From contig OY970126.1 of the NCBI GenBank assembly GCA_963705915.1, positions 232,306 through 296,305 of the forward strand: 64,000 bases of DNA. Reading direction: 5' to 3'. Position 1 is the stretch's first letter; the number at the start of each line of letters is the position of its first letter. The notes under the pieces were generated by a model, which was not told where the DNA came from, did no database searches, and worked only from the letters and a program-made list of their open reading frames with translations. Both the position numbers and the translations under genes were made by a program. The DNA comes from an uncultured bacterium (GTDB lineage: Bacteria > Patescibacteriota > Minisyncoccia > UBA6257 > 2-01-FULL-56-20). This document shows positions 37,531 to 46,541 of the stretch, in pieces.

Positions 37531-38442
37531 CTAAGCCACCTTTTTCTTATTGGTAAACCACCTCCAATGCGTGACTGCGAGATAGGCAAGATAGGCATAG
37601 AGCAAGCCGAGTGCGACGTCGAAAAAATAATGTTCGCCAAGATAGATGACGGCAAAGGCGACTCCGATAGCGTAGAGAATAAGTGGCGCGATAGTGCGCG
37701 GATATTTTTTGCCGATATAGAGGGCGGTGAAAAACGGATAGGCGGCGTGAAGCGATGGAACGGCAGCAGTTAAATTTGGCCCAAAATATTTATAGACGGT
37801 CGGAAGGGCGATGAAAGCATAGAAATGAGCGAAGACGATGTTCGTGATGTGGGTGACGGGCGGGATGATCCCGTATTGCGCGGCGAGCCACGGCGGCGCG
37901 GCAGGGAATACAAGATACGTGAGATAGGCCATGAACGAAAGGCCTACCATGCCGAAGATATACCCTTCAAAATCCTCGCGATCGACGAGCCATAGGATGA
38001 AGGCGATAAAAAGCGGCACAACAAAAAAAATTGAGTAGAGAAATCCGCTCATGTAATCGTACCAGTGCAAATAATTTGGATTGAAGAGCAGGTGTTGCAA
38101 CCAAACCGTTGGCAACTGGCCAAAGATAAACGTATCGAACTTCGGCATGAAATAGTAATGGACGTCCGGGTTGATCTTGGGAATGAGCGTCCGCAGATAT
38201 TCATAGACGAGCAGAAGCAGGATTGGGGGCGTCCAATCCTTAATAAAATTTTTGCCTTGACCTATCAGCACTGCGAAGATGAGTGCAAACACAAAAAATT
38301 GATCCGGTGAATAGGGTGCCTGATGGAGGATGAGGAAAAATCCGATGATGCCCAAATATAATAAAGAGGCGACAATAAGAAAGCGATCGTATCGCCGCTT
38401 GCTTTGCCAATATGAGCGAAGTTTCAATATCGGGTTGGACAC
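37531..38442 (-). CDS. polytopic membrane protein of the PAP2/AUR1-like (PAP2_3) superfamily
   Basis: About 8 TM helices; PSLHAAYP and YLGEHYFFDV resemble PAP2 motifs C2/C3 (PSGH, SRxxxxxHxxxD). Confidence 0.5.
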   Translation of the reverse strand: MSNPILKLRSYWQSKRRYDRFLIVASLLYLGIIGFFLILHQAPYSPDQFFVFALIFAVLIGQGKNFIKDWTPPILLLLVYEYLRTLIPKINPDVHYYFMPKFDTFIFGQLPTVWLQHLLFNPNYLHWYDYMSGFLYSIFFVVPLFIAFILWLVDREDFEGYIFGMVGLSFMAYLTYLVFPAAPPWLAAQYGIIPPVTHITNIVFAHFYAFIALPTVYKYFGPNLTAAVPSLHAAYPFFTALYIGKKYPRTIAPLILYAIGVAFAVIYLGEHYFFDVALGLLYAYLAYLAVTHWRWFTNKKKVA

Positions 38443-38492
38443 AAGAAATTAGGGATAGCCCACTTTTATATCATATATATTACAATGACTTC

Positions 38493-38828
38493 ATGGAAAT
38501 CCCCGAAACAACCCAAAAGCAAATAATCGCCCTCGTGAGAAAGATCCCGAGCGGCACGGTGATGAGTTACGGACAAATTGCCTCGGAGCTTGGCATTCAG
38601 GATGCGCGCGTCGTCGGCTGGACGATGCATACGGCTGGTGGTGCGGATGGCGTGCCGTGGTGGCGAGTGCTTAACAATGAAGGCAAAATCACTATTAAAG
38701 ACGCCGTGGAGCGGATGAAGCAGAAGGAGCTGCTTATGCGAGAAGGCGTGTACGTGAATGAAAATTTTATTTTGGATATAGACAAATACCGTCACGGAAC
38801 CGTTCCGGGGCAAAGGAAGCTACTTTAA
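38493..38828 (+). CDS. alkyltransferase-like (ATL) protein: MGMT-family DNA-binding domain with Trp replacing the active-site Cys
   Basis: IPSGTVMSYGQIA helix-turn-helix region, Arg/Tyr lesion-binding residues, VPWWRVL in place of PCHRV. Confidence 0.7.
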   Translation: MEIPETTQKQIIALVRKIPSGTVMSYGQIASELGIQDARVVGWTMHTAGGADGVPWWRVLNNEGKITIKDAVERMKQKELLMREGVYVNENFILDIDKYRHGTVPGQRKLL

Positions 38829-38871
38829 CCAGTTTTGACATATTTCGGATATCAATCTTAAATCAAGAGAT

Positions 38872-40071
38872 ATGGCATTTATCGCCTCCATTTTGGCATC
38901 GTTTATTTCTTTTATAGGAAGTGTCGGCGGTGTTTTTAATGCACCGACCGTAATGCAAAGTCTTCCTCCGCAAGCGGCCATTGTGCAGATTTCCGCTTCT
39001 CCCCTACTGTCATTAAAACCTCATGTAAACGCCACGTCATCGCCGATGTCTTTTGCAGTTACGCTCACATCAGTTCAACCGAATTTACTGCCGACGGTCA
39101 AAATCTCTGCGAAGCCTCTCGTGGTTTTACAAGCGGTATCGCAGCCAACGTCAAAACCAGCGCAGACCGAGAATCAGGAACAGACACTGCCACCTGAGAT
39201 TGCGATGAATGCGCAATCGTTCTTAAATGCAACAACACTCTCGCTTAATGAACGACATGACGGACCATACGAAGCTCAACTCACCACGAACCTCGGGGCT
39301 GGCCAATCGATACTATGGAATCTTTCAGACGCCACCGTTGGTAGTTCAACTCCGTTTTCAACATCGTATACCTGCGTACCAGAACCAATCCCTCCGATCG
39401 CACTCGACCCTGACCAAAATCCAACGTTTACGCAACGGACACCATACACCTGCACCATATCACTTACGCCACTTTCCGGGACCGATCTTCGCACCCAATC
39501 AAAACAATTCACATTCACAGCACCCCCAGGCAAACTTATCGTGACGCCGCCGGCGAGTATGGATACAGTCTTAAAAGATACCGAGAATGATGGCGGCTTT
39601 GTTTTTACGAACGATGACACCCAACCGATCACCGTGACCAACCTCACCTTCAACGTTGCCTATAATGACCTTACAAATGCGTACGGCCCCACGATCCTCC
39701 GTTTTATAAATCCCGTGACGGGCGCGCCTGCCGGCGATTTTGACATCAGCAACTTACCTGCCGTTTCCGGAGGGTCATATACGAACGAGCAAGACGGTCT
39801 TTCTGCGCCAGTGTCATTAACCATCCCCCCGGATGACGAACGCTTGCTGCCAATCGCCATCCTCGGGGCTCACCCGCTGAGTGTCCAAAGCACGACACCA
39901 ACCCTCAGCGTGACACTCAAAGGCGTAACGATAAGCGCTCCTGACGTGCAGACCGTGTTGAACAGCGCTTCGATTTCGTGGAGTTGCACGGTAACCTTCG
40001 CCATCTATGATCCGAATGCAACCAGTGGAGCGTTGGTCTCTGGACAAGCATGCAACGTTGGAGGGAACTAG
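38872..40071 (+). CDS. hypothetical secreted protein
   Basis: N-terminal hydrophobic anchor/signal FIASILASFISFIGSVGGVF; Thr/Pro/Ser-rich. Confidence 0.5.
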   Translation: MAFIASILASFISFIGSVGGVFNAPTVMQSLPPQAAIVQISASPLLSLKPHVNATSSPMSFAVTLTSVQPNLLPTVKISAKPLVVLQAVSQPTSKPAQTENQEQTLPPEIAMNAQSFLNATTLSLNERHDGPYEAQLTTNLGAGQSILWNLSDATVGSSTPFSTSYTCVPEPIPPIALDPDQNPTFTQRTPYTCTISLTPLSGTDLRTQSKQFTFTAPPGKLIVTPPASMDTVLKDTENDGGFVFTNDDTQPITVTNLTFNVAYNDLTNAYGPTILRFINPVTGAPAGDFDISNLPAVSGGSYTNEQDGLSAPVSLTIPPDDERLLPIAILGAHPLSVQSTTPTLSVTLKGVTISAPDVQTVLNSASISWSCTVTFAIYDPNATSGALVSGQACNVGGN

Positions 40072-40101
40072 TTCGTATATTATCGTGTTACACTAAAACG
40101 T

Positions 40102-40605
40102 ATGAAAACATCCTCGGTCATTTTGCTCGTTGTGATAGTGGTGCTCATCGTGGTGGGCGTCTGGTTTTTTGTAACCTATAACCAAAATCAGTACGCTACT
40201 GGGCCGGCCACCTATGTACCGACATCAACGGTAAGCACGTCGCCGAGTTCCACAAGCGCGGCCCTTGTGAGCGTCGGCCAAAGCCCGGCGCTTGGAACCT
40301 ATCTCACCGCAGAAAATGGCATGACGCTGTATAAATTCACCAACGACACTCCGGGATCCGGCGTGAGCACGTGCACGGGACAATGCGCAGTTCTCTGGCC
40401 GCCATACACGATCCCGTCATCTTCTTCTATTGCCGAGATCTTGGTTCCGGGCGCCACGGGAACATTTGACACGATCACCCGAAGCGACGGAACGATCCAA
40501 CTCACCTATAACGGCTACCCGCTTTATTACTATGCAAAAGATGCCATGCCAGGCGATACGAACGGGCAGAACGTTGGCGGCGTATGGTTCGTGGTAAATC
40601 CATAA
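40102..40605 (+). CDS. membrane-anchored protein of the secreted-repeat Yx(FWY)xxD lipoprotein family (Lipoprotein_15/COG4315-like)
   Basis: Two repeats G-TLY-F-ND---S-C-G-CA--WPP and G-PLYYYAKDAMPGDTNGQ. Confidence 0.6.
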   Translation: MKTSSVILLVVIVVLIVVGVWFFVTYNQNQYATGPATYVPTSTVSTSPSSTSAALVSVGQSPALGTYLTAENGMTLYKFTNDTPGSGVSTCTGQCAVLWPPYTIPSSSSIAEILVPGATGTFDTITRSDGTIQLTYNGYPLYYYAKDAMPGDTNGQNVGGVWFVVNP

Positions 40606-40606
40606 C

Positions 40607-41317
40607 ATGCAAATAACGGATAAGGTTGTCATCGTGACCGGTGCCTCCGAAGGCATCGGTCGAGCAGTTTCGAAGACGCTTGCACGCGAAGGCGCCATTG
40701 TTGTACTCGCAGCACGTTCGGACGACAAGATCGCCGAACTCGCCCACGAATTACCGAAAGCGCTTGCCGTACATGCGGATATGCGCAACGCCGCAGATAT
40801 TCAGAACCTCGTCGATCGGGCGATTGCCGTCTATGGCCGAATCGATATTTTGGTGAACAACGCCGGACAAGGGATGTATGGGCCCGTCGATTCCATTGAT
40901 GTAGAAAAGTATCGCAACATTATGGAGTTGAACGTGTACGGTCCCCTCATCGCAATGCAGGCTGTCATCCCCCACATGCGAACACAAGGCGGCGGCATGA
41001 TAGTGAACGTAAGCTCACGTGTTTCCAAAAATTATTTTCCACGCCTTGCAGCATATGCTTCGACGAAATACGCCCTGAATGCTTTATCTTTAACGGCACG
41101 CGAAGAATTGAAGAACGACAATATTATCGTGAGCGTGATGCACCCCAAGATGACGGCAACTGCTTTCGGCAAAAATGCTATCACCGGTGGCGCTTCACGT
41201 CCGGCGCAGCCTGCAGGAACCGCTCGACCCGCAGGGATGGATGTTGATTCGGCGGAAGACGTGGCAGAAAAGATTATTGAACTCATTCATTCTGAAGCGC
41301 CAGAGGCAGAGATGTAG
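40607..41317 (+). CDS. SDR-family oxidoreductase
   Basis: VVIVTGASEGIGRA, NNAG, catalytic YASTKYAL (YxxxK). Confidence 0.85.
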   Translation: MQITDKVVIVTGASEGIGRAVSKTLAREGAIVVLAARSDDKIAELAHELPKALAVHADMRNAADIQNLVDRAIAVYGRIDILVNNAGQGMYGPVDSIDVEKYRNIMELNVYGPLIAMQAVIPHMRTQGGGMIVNVSSRVSKNYFPRLAAYASTKYALNALSLTAREELKNDNIIVSVMHPKMTATAFGKNAITGGASRPAQPAGTARPAGMDVDSAEDVAEKIIELIHSEAPEAEM

Positions 41318-41344
41318 GCAACGTGGTCATGGTACCATAGAACC

Positions 41345-42307
41345 ATGCTGATTGATGAAGTTTCGATTAAAATCCAGGCTGGGCATGGTGGCAAAGGCTC
41401 GGCTGCATTTAATAAGAATTTAATGTCTCTGGGGCCCGCTGGCGGTTCTGGAGGGCTTGGCGGCAGCGTTTATGCCCTTGGCGTGTCGGACCTCTCGGCG
41501 CTTGGTCAGTTTCGGTTTAAAAAAGCGTTCGCCGCCGAGAATGGTCACGACGGCCGAGGTCAGTTCCGCGACGGTCACACAGGCAAAGATCTCGTTTTAA
41601 AGCTGCCCGTTGGCACCGTTATCCATAACCTTACGACCGGCAGCGACACAGAAATCGTAAAGGTTGGCGAGAAAATTGTGCTGGCAAAGGGCGGCATTGG
41701 CGGCAAGGGCAATTTTCAATTTCGATCATCGCGTAATACGTCACCAAAATTTGCGCAAGACGGCCGTCCCGGCGAAGAATTCAGGCTTCACCTTGAGCTC
41801 AAATACATTGCCGATGTCGGTTTTGTTGGTTTACCAAACGTTGGCAAATCAAGTTTATTGAACAAACTCACGAATGCCCGGAGTAAGGTTGCCAATTATC
41901 ACTTCACAACCCTCGAACCCAATCTCGGTGTTTATTATGAAATCATTCTCGCCGACATCCCGGGACTCATCGAAGGGTCGTCCACCGGCAAAGGCCTCGG
42001 TATCAAGTTTTTGCGGCATATCGAGCGCACCGGCACGCTCTTCCATTTTATCTCTGCGGAGTCCGAACATCCCGCGCAGGATTATAAAACGATCCGAAAG
42101 GAGCTTGGCGCATACAACAAAGCGCTCCTCGATAAACCGGAGTATCTATTTTTGACAAAAATCGATTTACTATCCCCTGCTGAACTGAAAAAGAAGGTTG
42201 CGACACTCAAGAAGATCGATCCGCATGTGATGTCGATTTCGATTCATGATTCGGAAAGCATCAAGGAAGTTGAGAGGGTTTTGAATAAGATTAAGGCGAG
42301 AAAGTAA
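41345..42307 (+). CDS. obg: GTPase Obg (lacks C-terminal extension)
   Basis: Gly-rich Obg fold GHGGKGSAAF...GGSGGLGGSVY, G1 GLPNVGKSSLL, G3 DIPGLIEG. Confidence 0.9.
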   Translation: MLIDEVSIKIQAGHGGKGSAAFNKNLMSLGPAGGSGGLGGSVYALGVSDLSALGQFRFKKAFAAENGHDGRGQFRDGHTGKDLVLKLPVGTVIHNLTTGSDTEIVKVGEKIVLAKGGIGGKGNFQFRSSRNTSPKFAQDGRPGEEFRLHLELKYIADVGFVGLPNVGKSSLLNKLTNARSKVANYHFTTLEPNLGVYYEIILADIPGLIEGSSTGKGLGIKFLRHIERTGTLFHFISAESEHPAQDYKTIRKELGAYNKALLDKPEYLFLTKIDLLSPAELKKKVATLKKIDPHVMSISIHDSESIKEVERVLNKIKARK

Positions 42308-42328
42308 GCCCCGACTTGCGCAGGTCGG

Positions 42329-42700
42329 TTACTTCTTCTCCAACTCCAAGCACACCGAATTAATGCAGTAGCGTTTGCCGCCTTTGTCTGCGGGGCCGTC
42401 GTCAAAGACATGGCCGAGGTGTGCCCCGCAGGTTTTACAGACTACTTCGACGCGGTGCATGCCATAGGCATCGTCAGGGCGAAGAATAACTTTTTCGAGA
42501 TTGGCGGGCTCGGTAAAGCTTGGCCAGCCAGTGCCAGAATCAAATTTGGTATCGGATGAAAATAACTCCGTGCCGCAGATCGCGCACTTGTACATGCCTT
42601 TTTCGTGATTATCCCAGTACGCGCCGGTGAACGGAGCTTCGGTGCCGCCTTTGCGAGCAACGTTATAGAGTTCGGGCGGAAGTTCGTTGTCTTGTTTCAT
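42329..42700 (-). CDS. msrB: peptide-methionine (R)-S-oxide reductase
   Basis: CAICGTELFSSDTKFDSGTGWPSF, CKTCGAHLGHVF, RYCINSV. Confidence 0.9.
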   Translation of the reverse strand: MKQDNELPPELYNVARKGGTEAPFTGAYWDNHEKGMYKCAICGTELFSSDTKFDSGTGWPSFTEPANLEKVILRPDDAYGMHRVEVVCKTCGAHLGHVFDDGPADKGGKRYCINSVCLELEKK

Positions 42701-42735
42701 AATAGTATTACTTTTTAAAATTTATTTCGTGTAGA

Positions 42736-43287
42736 TCACTTGGAGTGGGTCTTCAATAATTCTGAAAACTTTTCCTGTAATTTCTCGACTTTTGGCTCAA
42801 TAATGATTTGGCAGTATGGAGCTCCACGATTGTTCTTGAAATAATTTCGGTGGTAGTCTTCGGCCGGATAGAACACATCGAGCGAGAGCGGCGTGATTTC
42901 CGTGACAATTGGCTTGCCACCCGGATCAGACGCTTGGAGGTCAGCAATAAATTTCTCGGCTTCAGCCTTTTGTTCGGGTGTCGTATAGAAAACTGCCGAG
43001 CGATATTGGGTGCCAACATCATTCCCCTGCCGGTTGAGCGTCGTCGGGTCGTGCGTGGCAAAGAATACCGTTAAGAGATCATGGAATGTAATTTGCGAAG
43101 GATCGTAATCAACGCGAATCACCTCGGCGTGACCAGTCGCACCGCTCGATACTTGCTCGTACGTTGGGTGCTTCACCATGCCGCCGGCATAACCAGGCAA
43201 AACCGAACTCACGCCGCGGAGTTCGCTGAAAACAGCTTCCGTGCACCAGAAACATCCCCCGCCAAATATCGCTACCTGTTTTTCCAT
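42736..43287 (-). CDS. msrA: peptide-methionine (S)-S-oxide reductase; start set at MEKQVAIFGGGCFWC
   Basis: GCFWC active site; upstream 60 codons of the called ORF are non-homologous. Confidence 0.9.
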   Translation of the reverse strand: MEKQVAIFGGGCFWCTEAVFSELRGVSSVLPGYAGGMVKHPTYEQVSSGATGHAEVIRVDYDPSQITFHDLLTVFFATHDPTTLNRQGNDVGTQYRSAVFYTTPEQKAEAEKFIADLQASDPGGKPIVTEITPLSLDVFYPAEDYHRNYFKNNRGAPYCQIIIEPKVEKLQEKFSELLKTHSK

Positions 43288-43304
43288 GCTTGTTATTGTA
43301 ATAA

Positions 43305-43949
43305 TTATCCTTCGAGCGAAAATGGGTGCTTCTTTAACAATTGCGCATAGTAGACCAAACTCTTTGCCAGATTCTCTGCCATGTGCGGCGTTGCCTTGTT
43401 CTTGCGTCGTCGGGCGCGATCGGTTTTTACCGGCATACCAACTTCGCCAACCCAATAGGCACAGCAATTCGGCGGCAGCGTGAAGTTCATAAACGTGAGC
43501 ACCTCCATGATTCCCGCAAGCGTCGCCTGGGCACCGTCTTCGCTGCCGGTTATTACGACGCCCGCGACTTTATTCAAAAGCTCGGCACGGCCGCCGGCAA
43601 TCACCTCTTCGTCGAAGGCATCGAGGCGTTCGATAATCCGTTGCATAAGACTCGAGCGGCCACCCCACCAGATCGGCGTGGCAAAGATCACGATATCAGC
43701 CCTTCGGATTTTATTGACGATCGCCGGCCAGTCATCACCCTTGCCTTCGTTGAAACCTAGTCCGACGGGAATATTTTTATCAGAGAGCCTGATGATCTCG
43801 GCATTGATTTCCGCGCTTTTCAAACTACGCATGTGCTTCAGAACCAGCTCGGTGACCTCTTCGGTATTTGACGGCTCTTTGTCACGCCGATGTTTGAGCG
43901 ACGCGTTCAAGACAAGAACGTTAAGCGAGTCATGTTTTGTTTTTGGCAT
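43305..43949 (-). CDS. NAD(P)H-dependent FMN reductase / flavodoxin-like fold protein
   Basis: LVLNASLK...IVIFATPIWWGG pattern of Flavodoxin_2/FMN_red family. Confidence 0.65.
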   Translation of the reverse strand: MPKTKHDSLNVLVLNASLKHRRDKEPSNTEEVTELVLKHMRSLKSAEINAEIIRLSDKNIPVGLGFNEGKGDDWPAIVNKIRRADIVIFATPIWWGGRSSLMQRIIERLDAFDEEVIAGGRAELLNKVAGVVITGSEDGAQATLAGIMEVLTFMNFTLPPNCCAYWVGEVGMPVKTDRARRRKNKATPHMAENLAKSLVYYAQLLKKHPFSLEG

Positions 43950-43981
43950 GGTCTAAGTATAGCAAGATTATACGAACACGG

Positions 43982-45193
43982 TTACCCAAAGGTAAATGTG
44001 AACGCTTGCAGCCCTGGCGAATTGACGATGAGTTCGAGCGTATGATCGCCGCCACCGTCGGCATTGTTTACCAAGTTGTACAAGCGACTCGAACTTATCG
44101 TTACCGTGCCATTGTGGACGTCGCTCCCGGCGTCGGCTGCAGGGATCGGCTGACCGTCCTGGAGGACTTGCAACGTGACCGGCGAGGAAGACGCGCTCGC
44201 GACGATATATACTTTTCCGGCGTCATATTGATAGAGAACTTCGGCCCCAGAACTTACATTCGTTGCATATTGGTCCGCAAAATCCCACGTACCGCCAAGA
44301 TAGAGCGTGTTGAGCTGCGCGCTCGCGGACGATGGCGCGGTGAGCGTCTGAAGGCCGTCTTGCATCTGTGTACCGTTCCCAAGATATTCATTCCTTGCCG
44401 CACCAAAATAGGTTTCCGGACTATTGATCTCGTTCAAATTCGCGTTTTGGACATCAACGGTTCCTGTGCTCACGTTATCCGGAAGCCCGAGTACCTGGTC
44501 ACGCTGTGTAAGTAATTTTTGTATTTCAGCTTCGGTCTCGTCGTAATTTCCTTCGCCTACCTGATCGTGCACGATGTAACCAGCGATGTCGATCAAATAT
44601 TCATGCGGCCAATACAGGTTGCCATAGGCGTCCCACGTTCCATAATTGCTATCAAGCACCACGGGGTATTGAATGCCGTATTGCTGCACCGCCGCTTGGA
44701 CATTGTTAATATTTTTTTCAAATTCAAATTCTGGTGTGTGAATGCCGACGATCTCCAACCCTTCGTTCCCATATTTTGAATACCACGATGTGAGGTAGGG
44801 CAACGTACGGATGCAGTTGATACAGCTATACGTCCAGAAGTCGAGGAGGATTACCTTTTTACCAATGAGGTTCGCGAGGTTGAATCCCGATGTTGCATTG
44901 ATGAATCCGGTTGGGTCGGCGATTTCAATTGCCGGTTGGTCGCCCGCCTTGGCGTCAGCGGCTGCAATTGCCTGGAGCCCTTCCTGCATGGTACTCGACG
45001 AGGAGCCGATCGGCGGCATGCTTGAAATGCCAGGGGAAGAACTCGTGAGGGCCGTACCTGTTGCGTTTATGTTAATCGGCGTTCCGCCGCCGGCAGTGCC
45101 ACTTGGATGCACCTGGATCGCTTCGAGATACCAAATGGCGCCGATGATGAGGACGACGAGAACACCAAGCCAGATTTTTTTATTTTTTGTCAT
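43982..45193 (-). CDS. membrane-anchored extracytoplasmic thioredoxin-fold protein (TlpA/ResA-like CxxC) with extra C-terminal beta-rich domain
   Basis: N-terminal TM; FWTYSCINCIRTLPYL CxxC thioredoxin motif; immediately downstream of ccdA. Confidence 0.7.
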   Translation of the reverse strand: MTKNKKIWLGVLVVLIIGAIWYLEAIQVHPSGTAGGGTPININATGTALTSSSPGISSMPPIGSSSSTMQEGLQAIAAADAKAGDQPAIEIADPTGFINATSGFNLANLIGKKVILLDFWTYSCINCIRTLPYLTSWYSKYGNEGLEIVGIHTPEFEFEKNINNVQAAVQQYGIQYPVVLDSNYGTWDAYGNLYWPHEYLIDIAGYIVHDQVGEGNYDETEAEIQKLLTQRDQVLGLPDNVSTGTVDVQNANLNEINSPETYFGAARNEYLGNGTQMQDGLQTLTAPSSASAQLNTLYLGGTWDFADQYATNVSSGAEVLYQYDAGKVYIVASASSSPVTLQVLQDGQPIPAADAGSDVHNGTVTISSSRLYNLVNNADGGGDHTLELIVNSPGLQAFTFTFG

Positions 45194-45197
45194 GGGA

Positions 45198-45926
45198 TTA
45201 TAGATGATGGGCTAATAAGAAGTTATTAACGAAACCGAAGTTTGCGATGAGCGTGAGGCTTTGCGTGAAAACCAAAATGCCCAAAGCGATGAGGATGACA
45301 CCGAACACCGGATTGATCCATTCGAGCTTAGTCGCGATGCGATTGATCGCTTCTGAGCTCTGCGCGACGAAAAGGCCGACGATGAGAAACGGCACGCCGA
45401 GGCCGATGGCATAGGAAAGCAGGAGGTAAAACGCCGACCCGGGCGCTGATGCGGCGAGCCCGAGAATCCCACCGAGCACCGGGCCTACGCACGGCGTCCA
45501 ACCTGCAGCAAACGCGAATCCAAAAAGGAGCGACGTGAGGTAGCGCGAACGAAAATGCAACTTTACGCCCATCTTATGGTCATACTCCAAAAATGGGATT
45601 TTAAAGAAACCCATAAGGTAGATCCCGAAAAAGATCACAATCAATCCGCCGATCCACGCAAGCCACTGTTGTACGGCATACGCGGCGTGCGCGAGGACGG
45701 TATTTAAAAGAACGCCGAGCAATGCAAAGACTATCGAGAATCCGAGCACAAAGAAGAAGCTGCTCAAAAAAACATTCCACCGCGAAGGCCTTTTGCCCGA
45801 AGCTTGTGCAGACGTCGTATCCCCCGCCAGGTAACCGAGGAACCCAGGAATGATCGGCAAAACACACGGCGAAAGGAAAGAGATGATTCCTCCGATGAAT
45901 GCGCCGATGATCGGAACATCAAGCAT
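45198..45926 (-). CDS. ccdA: cytochrome c-type biogenesis / disulfide-reductant transporter CcdA (DsbD beta-domain family)
   Basis: 6 TM; FLSPCVLPIIPGF and GWTPCVGPVLG conserved Cys-Pro motifs. Confidence 0.85.
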   Translation of the reverse strand: MLDVPIIGAFIGGIISFLSPCVLPIIPGFLGYLAGDTTSAQASGKRPSRWNVFLSSFFFVLGFSIVFALLGVLLNTVLAHAAYAVQQWLAWIGGLIVIFFGIYLMGFFKIPFLEYDHKMGVKLHFRSRYLTSLLFGFAFAAGWTPCVGPVLGGILGLAASAPGSAFYLLLSYAIGLGVPFLIVGLFVAQSSEAINRIATKLEWINPVFGVILIALGILVFTQSLTLIANFGFVNNFLLAHHL

Positions 45927-45938
45927 GAATTATGGTGA

Positions 45939-46301
45939 TTACAATTTATTTTTTCCGTAGATAAGCCCTGCGACCTTTCCGATGATCATGGCAGCGAGCG
46001 CAAATAGGAGCCAAGGATCGAGCGCGTGGGAAAGCTCCTCGATGATGATGGCGACGAGCAAAAGTCCGGAGCCCAAAAGATACGCAACGCGATCGGCAAA
46101 GAAACGGTAGAAGCGTTCATGCTCGTCGCCGCGACCTTCATTCCAAAAGAAAATAGCAAATACGGCGAAGAGTGCAACGATGCCTACGAGCAGGCCCATC
46201 ACGGCGTAGCCGGGCATAAACACGCTCCATGGGTTAAAAATCACAAAAAGCAGAATCAATAAACCGATAGCAACGGCAATTTCACCGCGGAGGTTTTTCA
46301 T
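45939..46301 (-). CDS. small 3-TM membrane protein, partner of upstream XRE regulator
   Basis: 4-nt overlap with XRE stop; hydrophobic profile. Confidence 0.45.
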   Translation of the reverse strand: MKNLRGEIAVAIGLLILLFVIFNPWSVFMPGYAVMGLLVGIVALFAVFAIFFWNEGRGDEHERFYRFFADRVAYLLGSGLLLVAIIIEELSHALDPWLLFALAAMIIGKVAGLIYGKNKL

Positions 46302-46504
46302 GAAGATAACAAAAATATTTTTTCAACCGGCTGCTTAAAAAACCTGGCAATCTTAAGTGCGAGGAGGACCGATGGGACATAATTCCCTCTCTCGATGGCA
46401 ATGATCGTTTGCCGGCTTACCCCAATCTTTTCCGCAAGCTCTTCTTGGGTTATTTCTGCCGCCGTTCTCGCGTCGTGAACATGGTTGCGCACCCGTTCTT
46501 CCAT
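46298..46504 (-). CDS. XRE-family helix-turn-helix transcriptional regulator (68 aa)
   Basis: ITQEELAEKIGVSRQTIIAIERG HTH_3 motif. Confidence 0.75.
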   Translation of the reverse strand: MEERVRNHVHDARTAAEITQEELAEKIGVSRQTIIAIERGNYVPSVLLALKIARFFKQPVEKIFLLSS

Positions 46505-46511
46505 AGATCCA

Positions 46512-46540
46512 ATGATATCGTCTTCGCAACCGATGTCAAG
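46512..46540 (-). promoter_or_regulatory. sigma70 promoter TTGACA-N17-TATCAT with -10 ending 7 nt before the XRE ATG (leaderless transcript predicted)
   Basis: Perfect -35 at 46540-46535 and -10 at 46517-46512 on minus strand. Confidence 0.4.
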
Positions 46541-46541
46541 T

